From: Centroscyllium fabricii
Lineage: Eukaryota
Direction of reading: 5' to 3'
Length of the DNA stretch: 64,000 nt
Assembly: GCA_051313645.2 (NCBI GenBank)
Contig: JBNRSN020000003.1
Location: forward strand, 178,684,001 to 178,748,000
Below, in pieces: positions 49,041 to 61,319 of this stretch (position 1 is its first letter; each line of letters opens with the position of its first letter). A program made the position numbers and the translations under genes. The notes beneath the pieces are model-generated. The model was not told the DNA's origin, ran no database searches, and saw only the letters and a program-made list of their open reading frames with translations.

Positions 49041-52000
49041 AAAACCATTATGAAGCCTTAAAATGATTTACAATAATCATCTGAAAGGATAGCCTCACAA
49101 TGTTAAAGGTGCTATATAAATGCAAGTTGTTGGTGTTTTGTTGCATCAATAGTCATACTGCAGCATGGCTTTAACCATGCCATTAGCCACACAGCAAGTC
49201 TTTGCACCTGGGTGAAAACTGTTAAACTTGCTGGGAAATCGCAGAATCCATCCCCTCTATTCTACTTCCACTGATCTCTCACAATCATTGTATTTTGCAT
49301 CAAAGAAGAAAAATGAAGCCTGTGCGATTATCATTGGTTTTGACATATCATGAAATACCACATAATGAAGAGCAATGTGACATCCTATTTAATGGATCAG
49401 CCAGTGTGTCTGCAACTTGTCCACTCAGATTAGGAAGCTCTTCAGAGTCAGGACTGCAGTAAGGTAACAGCTCAGTGGAAGCACAGGCACATCCTTGCAA
49501 TCCAATTCGTGCGGATCACAGTAATAAAACTGCTGATAGGCAAAGGTATTACATTCTCACTATACCAATCCTGTACTTTGTAATTTAATACCTTTAAAAA
49601 GCTCTGATATCAGGATAGAATCTCTCCTTCCCCAACAATGCAAGATCTGCTGGAACACATAAAGCTCCAGGGAAAGACAGTGACCGTTTTAATACTGAAA
49701 GACACATTCTTTGATGAAACCTTCCTTTGTTGTTCATTGAAAACCCATTTCAAATCTTACCACAAGCAAAAGACTGTAATCAAATGTAGCCCCGTGGAGC
49801 ATATTACAGAATATATTTTTCCTCTGCGCGTAGGCAAAATTCAAACTGAATGAGAATAAAAACATGAGACACAAAACCTTATTCAGTGTAAAAAGACTAA
49901 CAATGTGACACTGATGAGGCACTTTCCATTAGACAACACTCTGATACCTGTACCATCTGTTTCACTGAGCAACTCAGCCCTTAAAAATCCCCAGACAAAA
50001 TAACATACAAAAGCAAGAATATCCTAATTTTATTTTTAAATGTATCTTCTTTTGAGAGGATCAACTTACAGTGTTTCCTCCCCCACCCCCACAACCTGCT
50101 CTCATGTCCATCCTATTGTGATGGCAATTAAAGGCACACTGCAGTCTTTTCCTGTGGCGGAGGAGGGGCACACTGAAAGCGGGGCTCAGCCATATAGAAA
50201 ACACTAGGCGCACAAGTCTTAACAGCTGGACATGGCAGTCTGTCAGAGCAGGGAAAGTGTATGTCAGAAACAGACGCTCTGCTTTCTCCAGTGTTACTCT
50301 AGCGTGATTATTCCCAGGTGTTTATGTGTACTGATCAGAATTCTGGCAATTCATCAGAGAAACCAGGGCAGAGAGAGTATGAGAGAGAGGGAGCAGGTTA
50401 GGTTATTCACTCTGCAAAGGGATTCACACACTTAACTAAAACTGCGCCCAACTGTTATAGGGAGTCCCAAGCCTTTTCAAAGGCACTTAGCCATCACTTA
50501 TTAATGCTCGCAATGCAAATGATTAAAGTGTTGATTTTGTTCAATTTCTGTTGCATTGCAATATAAAATATTTTGATGATCACCGATCTGTTACACACAC
50601 TGATCAAACATAATAGAAGTTTTAAAAGATGCCAGACTTTTGAAACGAACTGCAGGGTCATTACAAATAATAATTGTGCGACCCATTTACAACCAGATCC
50701 TTCTGTATACTTTAGTGATGCTGATGAACAAGAAATGGATGCGCTCCTCCAATACCTTGCTTTGTTTGAGCATGATTCGGAGAAACTCACATTCTTTCTT
50801 TTGTTCCGAGTGTTAGAAAAGTGTTCGGGCATTTTGTAATTACCCCAGTCTACTAGCTAAGCTACTGCAGAATAATTTTTTTTTAAAGCCGACACCGATT
50901 TAACTAAAAGATATTACAGTACCGCCACCAATCTAATCATTAGTACTCCAACCAGCAGTCATGTGAACACATCAATTATGGGCAAGTGCCAAAAGCTCCT
51001 GAGATCCAGCAGATTAACAGGCAATCCTCTGTTTTACAAGCGCACATCAAAAGGAATATTAATAAGAGGAGGGGGCGGTGTGAGAGCTTGTCAGGCTGAT
51101 TCAGCCATGGATGTAACGCATTTCTTCCAGCCTTTTCCATGAAACTATTCCATGAAAGAAATTGGCACCAACTACAAAGTCCATAGCCTCCACCTTTTCA
51201 AAAGCACTGTTGCGATCACTGTAACATTTAAGAAAAGTAAGAAATCTGGAACTAATTTTACCCTGTTGTTCGGACAAGTATTTCGGGGTTGGGTACTTTT
51301 AAAAGCATCAGTTCTATTTCTTCTCATTTCCACTCCTCTGTCATGAGAGCACATAGTTTTATCAAAATTAAAAATCCCTAAAAGTGCTCATTCCAGCCCA
51401 TAAAAGTTAAGGATGCCGACCCTAAACATTGCAAAACAACTGGAGGTGCAATTCTTCATATACGAATATAGTAGAATCTGCACTGAGTGTTCTGAAGTCC
51501 AGGTGCATTACAGCTTCAGATTTTTATTATTTAATACACTTGGGGTACTTTTATCTCAGGTATGTGTTCATAAAACGTGAGATTGGATTATACATACAGT
51601 ATTATTTGTCTTAAGCACATAACAAGGCTGGTTTAAAGACAGGACAGTTTGTTGCATCTTCACACCGTTTCAAATGCAGATGGAATTTTTATTTATAGCT
51701 TCCAAACCCACTAATGCTCTTCCAGACCACTCTGAGTGGCCTAATGTGAACTACTGAATACAGTATTATCAACATCTCTGGAAATCTACTCCTGTCACCT
51801 AGTATACCAGCGGTAATTCCCAGCAGGACACACGCTATTGTGGGGGGGTTTTCGTCTCCCTTCCCTAAACCCTAGTGCTAATACAGCTCTAATGACTGGG
51901 ACTGAAAGACTTGCTCTGCACAGTTACCTCCTGTTTTGAATTCATTGCAGCAGATTTACAAGGTCAATGGCATCAGTCTTTAATGCAGAGATTTTAAGAG

Positions 52001-53099
52001 GTCTGGAATGGTGCGGATAGAAAATCATAAACTGTAGCCAAAGGGTGAGGATTAAAGGAAAGAACAATATAAAATTGAGTGCATTATTTCCCATGGCGTG
52101 TAGTTACATAATTGTTTTCAAAAACAAATCCCAAAATTTACGTACAAGGGTGTGAAATTTTTATTTCAACAGAAGACAGGATAATGCAATTTTGTCTGTA
52201 ATTAACAACCCACTAACAAAATCACATTCTCAAAAATTACATGTCTCAAAGCAGTGCAGTCGCAAATTTCATTAGCAGGTCATTAATTGTGGAAAAAATA
52301 AGCAATCACCCATTTTTCATTAAAAAGGAATGTTACCTCTCCTCCCTCCACCCCTCTGTAAATCACTAAAAGGCAAATGATGATCAATGGATCCAGACTG
52401 CTCAATATGAACAAGCTTAAATTAGACTAGCAACAAGCGGATATTCTAATATGGGTAAAAATGTGGCCGACGGTACTGTTTAGTCCTCGCCTAGTAGATG
52501 GTTCTGGTATCTGTAATTAACATATGGATGCAATCTTCACATTCACTCAATTAGTCACAGACGTTGTGGGTAAGCTGAGAAAGCAAATGCTGCTCATCAC
52601 AAGGATTTACAACCACAAGCAGCACACCATAAGCTCACTTCTTCCTATTATGCATGCACAGCCAGTAAGTGCAAACCATTTTTTTCTTCCTCCCTCTCCG
52701 AAACAAGCACAGGTTCTGCATAAAACCTTCAAGCAATGTTCACTGTCAGAGAAGGGAATGAATCCAGAACAATAATGCCTTTCATGGCAACTGTACTCGG
52801 CACAATTAGTCCAACCAGTTTCACGTTTCCTTTAAGCTATGGAGATGCAGCATCAAAGCAAATAATTTACTCATGCCACAAAAGAAACAAATATAAAGTC
52901 ACCCAATACTAGAGTATGGGATGAAAGTGCACGTTTAAAAACCAACAACTCCGTAAATGTAGTTTATTCCAGATGCAAAACAAAGCACTTATTCTGAAAA
53001 ATGCTTCACAGAAAATGGGAGATCCCCCACCCCACACTACTCCCCTCCTCCACAGAACCTACAGGATTACAGTTCCACGCTTCGCAGGTATTCATTCTT

Positions 53100-53420
53100 C
53101 ATTTGTAACCCCAGATAGTTGCAACAGCAGGCTATTTGAACATGAGGGCATCACAGTTCAACCCGGTCCTTATCTGATGTACACTCATCAGGGGGTTAGG
53201 GAGTTTGGGGGAGTGGGTGGTATCAATTTTTTGCTGTCAGAAGCAGAAGCCTTAGGGGGTGATTGCCCCTCTCCTTAGCCCAGGAGCCTTGAGGGAAACT
53301 GTGGCAATACCCCCGCCCCTTGCACGACCATCCCAGCTGAGGTCAGTTAATTCAGCACAGACCAGAGATGGAATCTGAGACTTTCCTGATCTGTATGGTT
53401 CAGTAGAACAAAGCCTAAAA
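53100..53420 (-). mobile_element. Old SINE-like repeat (agttagctgatctc family)
   Basis: cattcttcatttgtaac and cccagctgaggtcagttaattcagcacag motifs; boundaries approximate. Confidence 0.4.
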
Positions 53421-54196
53421 GAGTTCCTTTTGTTCATATCGGCAACTTTTCCGGGTTCCACAAGAGTGCTTGAACCTAACCAGCCAACACTTTTTAAATG
53501 TTAACACTTCTCTAAAACACACATGCACAAAGAGAAAGTACACCAAGAAGTCCAGAGTTCACTAACGTAAAAAACTACAGGCCTTGCCCTTTGTAATGCA
53601 ATCTAATCACTGATTACAAGGCCTCTTATGACACCGCTGCCTTTTGAACAGAATTTTTTTTAAACTTGTGATAAGTTACACCTTGTTTTTATTCCCATTT
53701 TGGAGTAAATATTCCTTAACATCAAGTGTTTGTGTAGCTTAGGGTAATTTTAAGTGCAGTATAATGTCCAATTACCATATTTGATCATGGCAGTCTGCCA
53801 GAGTAAGTCTTGCAACATATCGCACAGCCCATTTTGTGACTAATAGTGCTTAATACTGCTCTTAGTGTTGAGTTAATACAGTATTTTATGGGGGGGGGGG
53901 GGAATTCCTTGAGGATTAGTATTTTTTAGAATTGAATCATACTTCTATAATGGGATTTTAATTACAGAAAATTCTGCAACCCTGTTTCAGCTTCAAAGGT
54001 TGGGAAAGCTATCAAACCCACTCTTCCTGGTCATTTTATGGTTTTCTAGTTCCTTTACTGCAGGCAGCAGAGGAGATCTGCATTCACCAAAAAATATATA
54101 GTGACTTTTCACATGCTTGTTAGCTTTGCCTCCATTCTGTGTTACTCCACTCACTGGGTATTAAGGGGGGAGGGTGGGGGTGGGAAGAGAGAATAA

Positions 54197-54961
54197 GGGG
54201 GGAAAATTGGCTGGCGCACGTTTTGTGGCGCTAACCTCGGCGCAGCGCTATTGTTAGTGCCAGCTGATCGCTGGCGCCGTTGGCGCTGAAATTCGGCTGT
54301 CGCGCCCATAGTTGGAGGTCGGGCGCTAAAACAGGCGCCCGCCCTTGCTCTTCAGGCGCTGCGGCCGAAGTTCCGGGCGTTGGGGGTCGCTGCGACATGC
54401 AACGCAGAGTGGTGCGCCGCGGAACTGCAGGCCAACCTCCCCGATTAAAGGGGAGGGGCCTAGCGCGGCTGCGGCCGGAACCCCGCGGGGCCGCCGTGGG
54501 ACGACATGCAGCAGAAGGAGCCCGGCACTGGAGGGAAATGCCGGGCTCACTGGTCGGAGGCCTGACACCGTGTGGGGACAGCGCGGGAGGCCGGGGGAGG
54601 CAGAGGGGGAAGGTGCTGGCAGTCGGCCAGCAATAAAAATGGCCAACTGGCACCCTCCCCTTTAAGCAGCGCTCCCCCGCTGCTGTTACGGCTGCAAAAA
54701 GCTGTCGTGGGCAGCGCCTGCTGAAAACTCAGCAGGCACTGCCCAATTTCAGTCGCGGGCGCCACACAGGCACTGCGCGCACTGATGACATCATCCCCGT
54801 CGGCGAGCTGGGCGAAATATTCACTGGGGTGCCACCGGTTACCGCCCACCTTAGCGCCACACTGAATACCGCGAGAGACGCAAATGCAGGCGTTAATTGT
54901 CCTGCGCACCATTAGCGCCCGGGCGCTAACGGACAGGGGCAAGAGAGCGAATTTCTAGCCC
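54197..54961. mobile_element. Harbinger-like MITE, CpG-rich
   Basis: Ends ggggggaaaatt / aatttctagccc; TAA duplication (54194-54196, 54962-54964). Confidence 0.8.
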
Positions 54962-57832
54962 TAAATGTTTATAAAAAGTTAAAGAGCCATTTTCAATCGA
55001 CTAACGCAGCTTCACTGATTCTACTGCATCTTATTATACAATTACTGACTAAAATATCAGCAATGAAAGCTTGCACAGATACAAATGACAGGATTTACCA
55101 AGCGAAAGTTAAAAAAATTTAATTCAATTTATGGGTTTTTAGTTTTGTATAGACCATACCAACAAAAGTAAAAAAGGCGCTACAAAACATTAGGTTCTCC
55201 GAGCTGCTTCTGTAAATGACAGCAGAGATGTCAAGTTCTTTATAGCACCAGCAAGGGCACAAAATGCACAGTTCTCTAGGCCATCTAAAATTTGGGGTGG
55301 ACAGGCTTACTTTACAGAGGTGGAGACCAAGGCCTCACAATTCTTGGAGGTCCACTCTGCCAGTGCAACTTTGGTAATGCGAAAAACCCAGTTGCCACAA
55401 GCCCAAAGCTGGTGACTCTATCCACATCCCGGGGGAGGGGTCATTTGCAGAACCAGAGTGAGCGCCTTGCCCTGATACTCCCACCAGAAGGTGAGGTGGC
55501 CACAGCTGCTCTGCGTGAGATGCCTCCCAGCCTTTGTCACTTCAGAATAAGGTAATCGATCCCGGAGGAGATTTTAAATGCCTCAATGGGACTTACGCCA
55601 GCTCTCAGCTGTGGCATACCAAGGGTGTAAAAAGCAGAATTTTGGAGGAAGCCTGAGAACTCGCAGACGTGCTTCCTTAACATGTTGTGAGTGGGTGGAA
55701 GATCCGTCCATGCTCTCCTCACTAGAATTCAACGGGCCACATCAAATGGGGCAGAATTCCATCATAGCCTGGTTCCACCTCATATTCCTGGTCTCCTCCC
55801 AAATGGAAATCAGGCTTTCTGCCCTCTCTGGACCCAGGAATTTCTGGACCCAGGTGTTTTGATGAAGTCAGCAAGAAAAGTCTGGATGGATAAGCTTCAG
55901 TTTCTAAATACAAAATGCAGGGCTCCATTGCCCATTCACCCCCTCCTTATCTATTGGGAGAAACAGGTCTCGCAATCAAGTGTCATCCGCCCAGTTTAAT
56001 TTGGTGCCATTTCTGCTGAATTGGCAACCATCTTGGTGAAAACATAAAACAGCACCAGGAAAACCACAGAAAAATTCTACACAATACAGAAGGGCCTATC
56101 AACAGAAGTATTGTTTACACATGTAGCACTGAAATTGTGCAATCCAGCTTGGATAGACACCACATTCATTTGCAGCATCAACAACAGTAATGTGTAACAA
56201 TGATAGTCTTTTCCTCTGGAAAAAATTAATTTCATTCCAATTAACCGTAAAAACACCAGAGAGCAGTGCCGCGGTAGTTGACTACTGCAAAATGCTCAGC
56301 AATGATTTGCAATACAAATTAATGCTTACATATGGTAATTAAGCCACTGATTTATGGTGGCGTATGCGAAGTGCAACCAATTACAAAATGCAAACCTCCA
56401 CAGACGCTGCAGCGCAGAAGAAAGCTTACAGCAAGGAATGATGTTAGCAATGCCCAGCAGGAAATGCATTATTGCAGTTCAGCTTCTGTACTGCCTTTGA
56501 ATTCCAGCCCCCACCCGCTGCCATCAGTAAATCAAAAGAAATTACATAGATATAGGCTAAAGTATTCAACGTGACTGTAAAATTAAGCTTTTGATGCACA
56601 TCTATATGTTTTCAGAATGAACAGTTCATTTCTAGTGACCTCACATATCATCGGCAATCTCAGGAACTGTCCACCTGACGAAACAAAATAATCACACAGA
56701 ATACACCACAGCCTGGTCCAACAGCAATTCACAAAATGTCAAGCAACGGCAAATTAATCGCTTCAGCTCCTAGCTACCCATTAACACGGGTCACTAATTA
56801 ATTAGGATGCTGAAACAATGGCAGATTTACAGCACATAGTGTGACTTTTTTTCCACTCACAAAGTTCAAATCACAACTCTTGAGGATTTACTTTGATTTA
56901 CTAAAACGTTTTTCTCTCACCCCCCAACAGCCCTCCCCCACCCCCAACTCGGTCCACTGTGAACCTACTCTGCTAACAACTGGTCTGGAAGCAGCTTGCT
57001 GTGTCAAGTTTCTGTCAGCCTGCAAAGGTACTCTGCCATTGCCCATCCCCCGCCTCTTTGTTCTCCTGAAGGCACTTACTGGGCTCAGCACTGAATTGTC
57101 TTTCCCCTTTAAGAATGCGTTTGCCTCCTGTTTTGACTGGGAGGTGCGGGGAGAAGAATCAGCTTAACAGAGATGAGAAACTACCATTTCATTTCCAGCC
57201 CAACAGCATCTAATTCTTTCTCCTGCTCTCCACCTCCCCCATTTCAACCAACATTTGGCTAACAAATTGGACCTTCTCTCTGTTAACAAATGACTTGCTC
57301 TACAATTAAACCATTCATATATTTTCCTTCTGTTGGCTACCAGCCAACTGCAAGCTCACAGCCTCTATTATTATTTAGTGTGGTTAAAAGGGCAATAAGC
57401 ACATTTCAGCTTCATATGACTACAATGTGATAAGAACAGCATCATCAGAATCAAGTTGACAAGGTAATGACCGCAATTGTGTTGATTACTTAACCCTTTG
57501 CCCTCCGACCATCTTTTTGACCAAGACTCCCAGTCCTCTGCGAAACATCAACTCAAGAAAGATAGACGGATGGAATAAAATTCTGAGGGACCCAGCTTTC
57601 TAAATACCTGTATCTGTATATGGTTATCGGCAGGTTTTACAAGTTCAATCTCGGATATTATTTTAACAAAGTAACAACCTGGTATCACAGCTTACTTTAA
57701 GGAGAATTTTAAGCTTTAAATATATGCATACATATAAAATACTAGGATAATATTTTTAAGCAAAACTTTTTGGTAAGCATCCTGTCTTAATTATTTTGAA
57801 TTTCAAAATGACAAGTTTATCTTGGACTGCTG

Positions 57833-58276
57833 TGTCACCCATGGCTCAGTGGTAGCAGTTTTGCCTCTGAGTCAGAAGGTTGTGGGTTCAAGTCCCACTC
57901 CAGAGACTTGAGTACAGAAATTTGGGCAGACACCCCAGTGCAGTGCTGAGGGGAGTGCTGCACTGTTGGAGGTGCCGTCTTTCGGATGAGACGTTAAACC
58001 GAGGCCCCGTCTGCCTCCTCAGGTGGTCGTAAAAGATCCCATGGCACTATTTTGAAGAAGAGCAGGGGAGTTATCCCCGGTATCCTGGCCAATATTTATC
58101 CCTCAATCAACATAACAAAGACATATTAGCTGGTCATTATCACATTGCTGTTTGTGGGAGCTTGCTGTTTCCTACATTACAACTGTGACGACACTTCAAA
58201 AGTACTTCATTGGCTGTAAAGCGCTTTGGGACATCCTGAAGTCGTGAAAGGTGCTAAATAAATGCAAGTCTTTCTT
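57833..58276 (+). mobile_element. Full-length Deu-domain SINE (SacSINE1-like)
   Basis: A box tggctcagtgg, B box ggttcaagtcc, Deu core gaggccccgtctgcc...aaaagatcccatggcact, L2-like tail aaatgcaagtctttctt. Confidence 0.88.
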
Positions 58277-58339
58277 GTTTGTTGCCGATACCTGGTATGT
58301 CAATAATCCTTCCCTGACACCAACCCCCCACCACCCCCC

Positions 58340-58790
58340 CACCTACATGCTGACACTTAATGACATCTTCTGCAGACATGGGATCAGCTTGGCATCCTAT
58401 TTGAGCTTCCGACCCTTAACCTCTCCATCACAAAGAACGCCTATTTCCACCTGCATCATATCGCCTGCCTCTGCCCCTACCACATCCGTCTGTCACTGAA
58501 ACCTGCATCAATATTTCTGTCACCTCCAGACTCAACTATTCCAATGTGCTCTTAGCCGGCCCCTGATCCTCCACCCTGCATAAACGTCAGCTAATCCATA
58601 ACTCTGCTGCTTGTATCTAAGTCCTACTCACCTAAAAAACCCTGTCTTTGCTATCCTACACTGGCTTCCTCAAAGCCTCAAATTAAAAATGATCATTCTT
58701 GTGTTTCAATCCCGCCTTTGCCTTGCCCCTCCCTATTTCTGTAACCTCCTTCAGCACAACTTCCTCCAAAATCTCTGTTCCTCGACATCA
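58340..58790 (+). mobile_element. Degraded L2 LINE fragment
   Basis: cgcctatttccacctgc, cacctccagactcaactattccaatg, homologous to 37727-38593 in the opposite orientation. Confidence 0.65.
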
Positions 58791-58933
58791 CCGCCCCCTA
58801 AACTAGTACACAGCACAATGCATCAATATGGTCAATCTCTTGTTGCTGCAAGCATTATACTATCCCCTGAAAGAAAAATAAACTGCAGTATTATGGTTAT
58901 CTTGTGCATCACATTTCTCGAGGCAAGGTATAG

Positions 58934-59709
58934 GGGGGAAAATTCAGTTGGTTAACACCTCTCGTTAGAGCCTCCGGGAGCGCTAGGAACTTTTTGCCCG
59001 AGCGCGGCGATTTTAGTGCCGCTTGTGAAATTGACCAGTCGTTTTGCGGTGACGCTAAACACTACCGCCACAATCTTCTGCGCACGCAGATCGTGACATC
59101 AGTCAAGCGTGGAATGCCACGAACTGGATATTGAGTCGCGCCGTCTGCCTTAGCGTCTGCCGCTAGGAACGACAGGTAGAGGGGAACATTTTCAAGTCGG
59201 GAAGGGGCTGGGAGAGTACTATTTAAAGGCAGGCACTTCCTGCCTTTTCTTGTCGGCAAAATTTTTGGTAACACTGTCCTAAGGGGTTTTGGCCCTCGGC
59301 ACCACTTTTGAGGTTCCTAAGTGCTGAGCTCTTTCCCTGGCCTATCCATCAGTGTTTCCAGCACAATTGCTTTAGAGGTCTCTCCAGGCTGAGATTCAAG
59401 GCTGCAATGAGCAGGGTGTGGCGGGCCATCAAGATGGCCCCTACCCGTTAAGAACTGGATGGCGCCAGTGTGTCTGGGTTCCATGGTAACTGGCATCGCC
59501 TGAGCTTCGGTAGCGTTCTGAGGTAGCGCCTCGCTCCCCAACGTTTGCACTTTGAGAGGTGTGTAGCGCCTGATTTAGTGCTCAAATCACCTCCAGGAGT
59601 GATAGAGGCAAATTTTGCAGTCGGCGGTGATAATTAGCGTCAGGCGCTAAACCTTGTGCCCGGCTGATATTAGTGCCCCAAAAATGGGCGATACCCAATT
59701 TTTCTCCCC
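58934..59709. mobile_element. Harbinger-like MITE
   Basis: Ends gggggaaaatt / aatttttctcccc; TAG duplication; gcgcta/tagcgc subterminal motifs as in 54197-54961. Confidence 0.7.
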
Positions 59710-60553
59710 TAGTACCTCCACACTTAATTACTCTAGATGCTTTTTTCCCCTTAAACTCCATCCAAGGCAACACCACCCCAAGGTACATTGTGCATTATAC
59801 TGCCCTGGACCCTTGAATGTTTGCACTACTCAGATTTTATGAATGCATTCTGCAGGAGCTGTAAACAGCAAAGCGAATGACAGTAAAGGAGAATAGCATT
59901 GGGAAGCAAAAAGCTGACAGCTTTAAAGAGCCAGAGGCAATTTAAGCGCCCTGGGATTGGAATTAAAAATGTTACACTAATCACACATGACTTCTCCCAT
60001 TACAGACTAATAATAACTCAGTTTCTTTTGCTTTGGGTATTTTTAGTAAAATGGAATATGTCGTCCACTTAACCAAGTGATCTTTCACTATCCAATCTCC
60101 AATTTTAAAAACAATTTCATCTTTGGAACATCACTAGCTTTTCAAAATCTTTTAATTTGATCAAAATAGGGCTCCCCTGGCTTTTAAATATAACTAACAT
60201 TTTACGACTGAAACTGTACAATTGCTATGTTAATCTGTACATGAACTTCCAGATTCAATATTTTGACCTGCACACCAACTGTGCATTCAATTTTGGACAA
60301 GCGTTGATGCAATGTTTAGGAGGCTGTTCTTTAAAGTTTAAGTTATAAAATTAGGAATGGAGCAAAAATGTTGCTGGGAGGTGGTCATTTTAGTCTGTGA
60401 AGAAACCTAGAACTCCGCTACATAGATACTCAGTGGCTGATTTTCAGATACCTGTAGTAAACAAAAACACTAATTTTACCAATGTTTGCCCAACAGTATT
60501 GATACTCAAATAGCTGACCCAGTTTCCCAGTCAAACAATTATCTGCACACCGT

Positions 60554-61319
60554 GGGGGGGACTTTGCCGGAAGGGCGGGAACCTGGCGGGGATTGGTCTG
60601 GGCGGCTTCCTGTCCCGCCCGCCCAAACAGCTGGGAAGGCCACGCAATTTTAATTTAATTGAGTTGTTAAATCCACACCGGCGGCAGCGGGTGGTAATTA
60701 ACTCAATCGAGTCGGGCTCCAGCGGGGCTCCGAGGAGTTTGATTGACAGTTCCAGCACTGGTTGTTGACAGTTCCCATGGAAACACTCCACTGTGACATC
60801 ACAGTCGAGTGGAACCAATGGGAAAGCTCAAGTGCTGGTGACTGACAGATGGCGGGCAGGCTCAGAATCCTTGACAGCTAGCACCGGCTGTGAGCAAATG
60901 TGCAGAGCTGAGTTTTCTCAGTTTTTGCTCATAGCTGGTGCAGACAGCATGGCGTAACTCTAAGGTGCTGGAGGCATGCCAAGCATTTGGCAGCATGTCC
61001 TTCATACCTTGAAGAAGAAAGTAATAACCAGCGCTGTGCTCTGGTTTAAGGTGACGGGGTTAGGGCGGGAAACAGCTCAAAATGGCTGAGGGCCCTTAAA
61101 ATGGCATTAAACATGACAATTAAGGGCCCTTAACGAGGTGACAACCCATCCCCGCCGGCCGCCGGTGGGAAGGTTTCAGGGCGGGGAATCAGGGCGGGGG
61201 AAAATGATAAAGCGGTGGGGATATGGCGGGGGGGGGGTCGCAACCCACAGGTTGCGCTATTTTGCCGGCCGAGCCGCCGAAAACCCCGCCTCACGGGGAC
61301 ATGAAAATCCCCCCCCCCC
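60554..61319 (+). mobile_element. Non-autonomous Harbinger (same family as 12363-13152)
   Basis: Right end cccgcctcacggggacatgaaaat matches 22711-22734; left end resembles 18022 onward. Confidence 0.82.

Noticed and set aside
54197-54961. CpG-island promoter and GC-rich ORFs
   Set aside because: Bounded by TIRs and a TAA duplication; the ORFs reflect high GC content.
57833-57905. tRNA gene (also at 925 and 6350-6429)
   Set aside because: The A/B boxes continue into SINE bodies; these are SINE heads.
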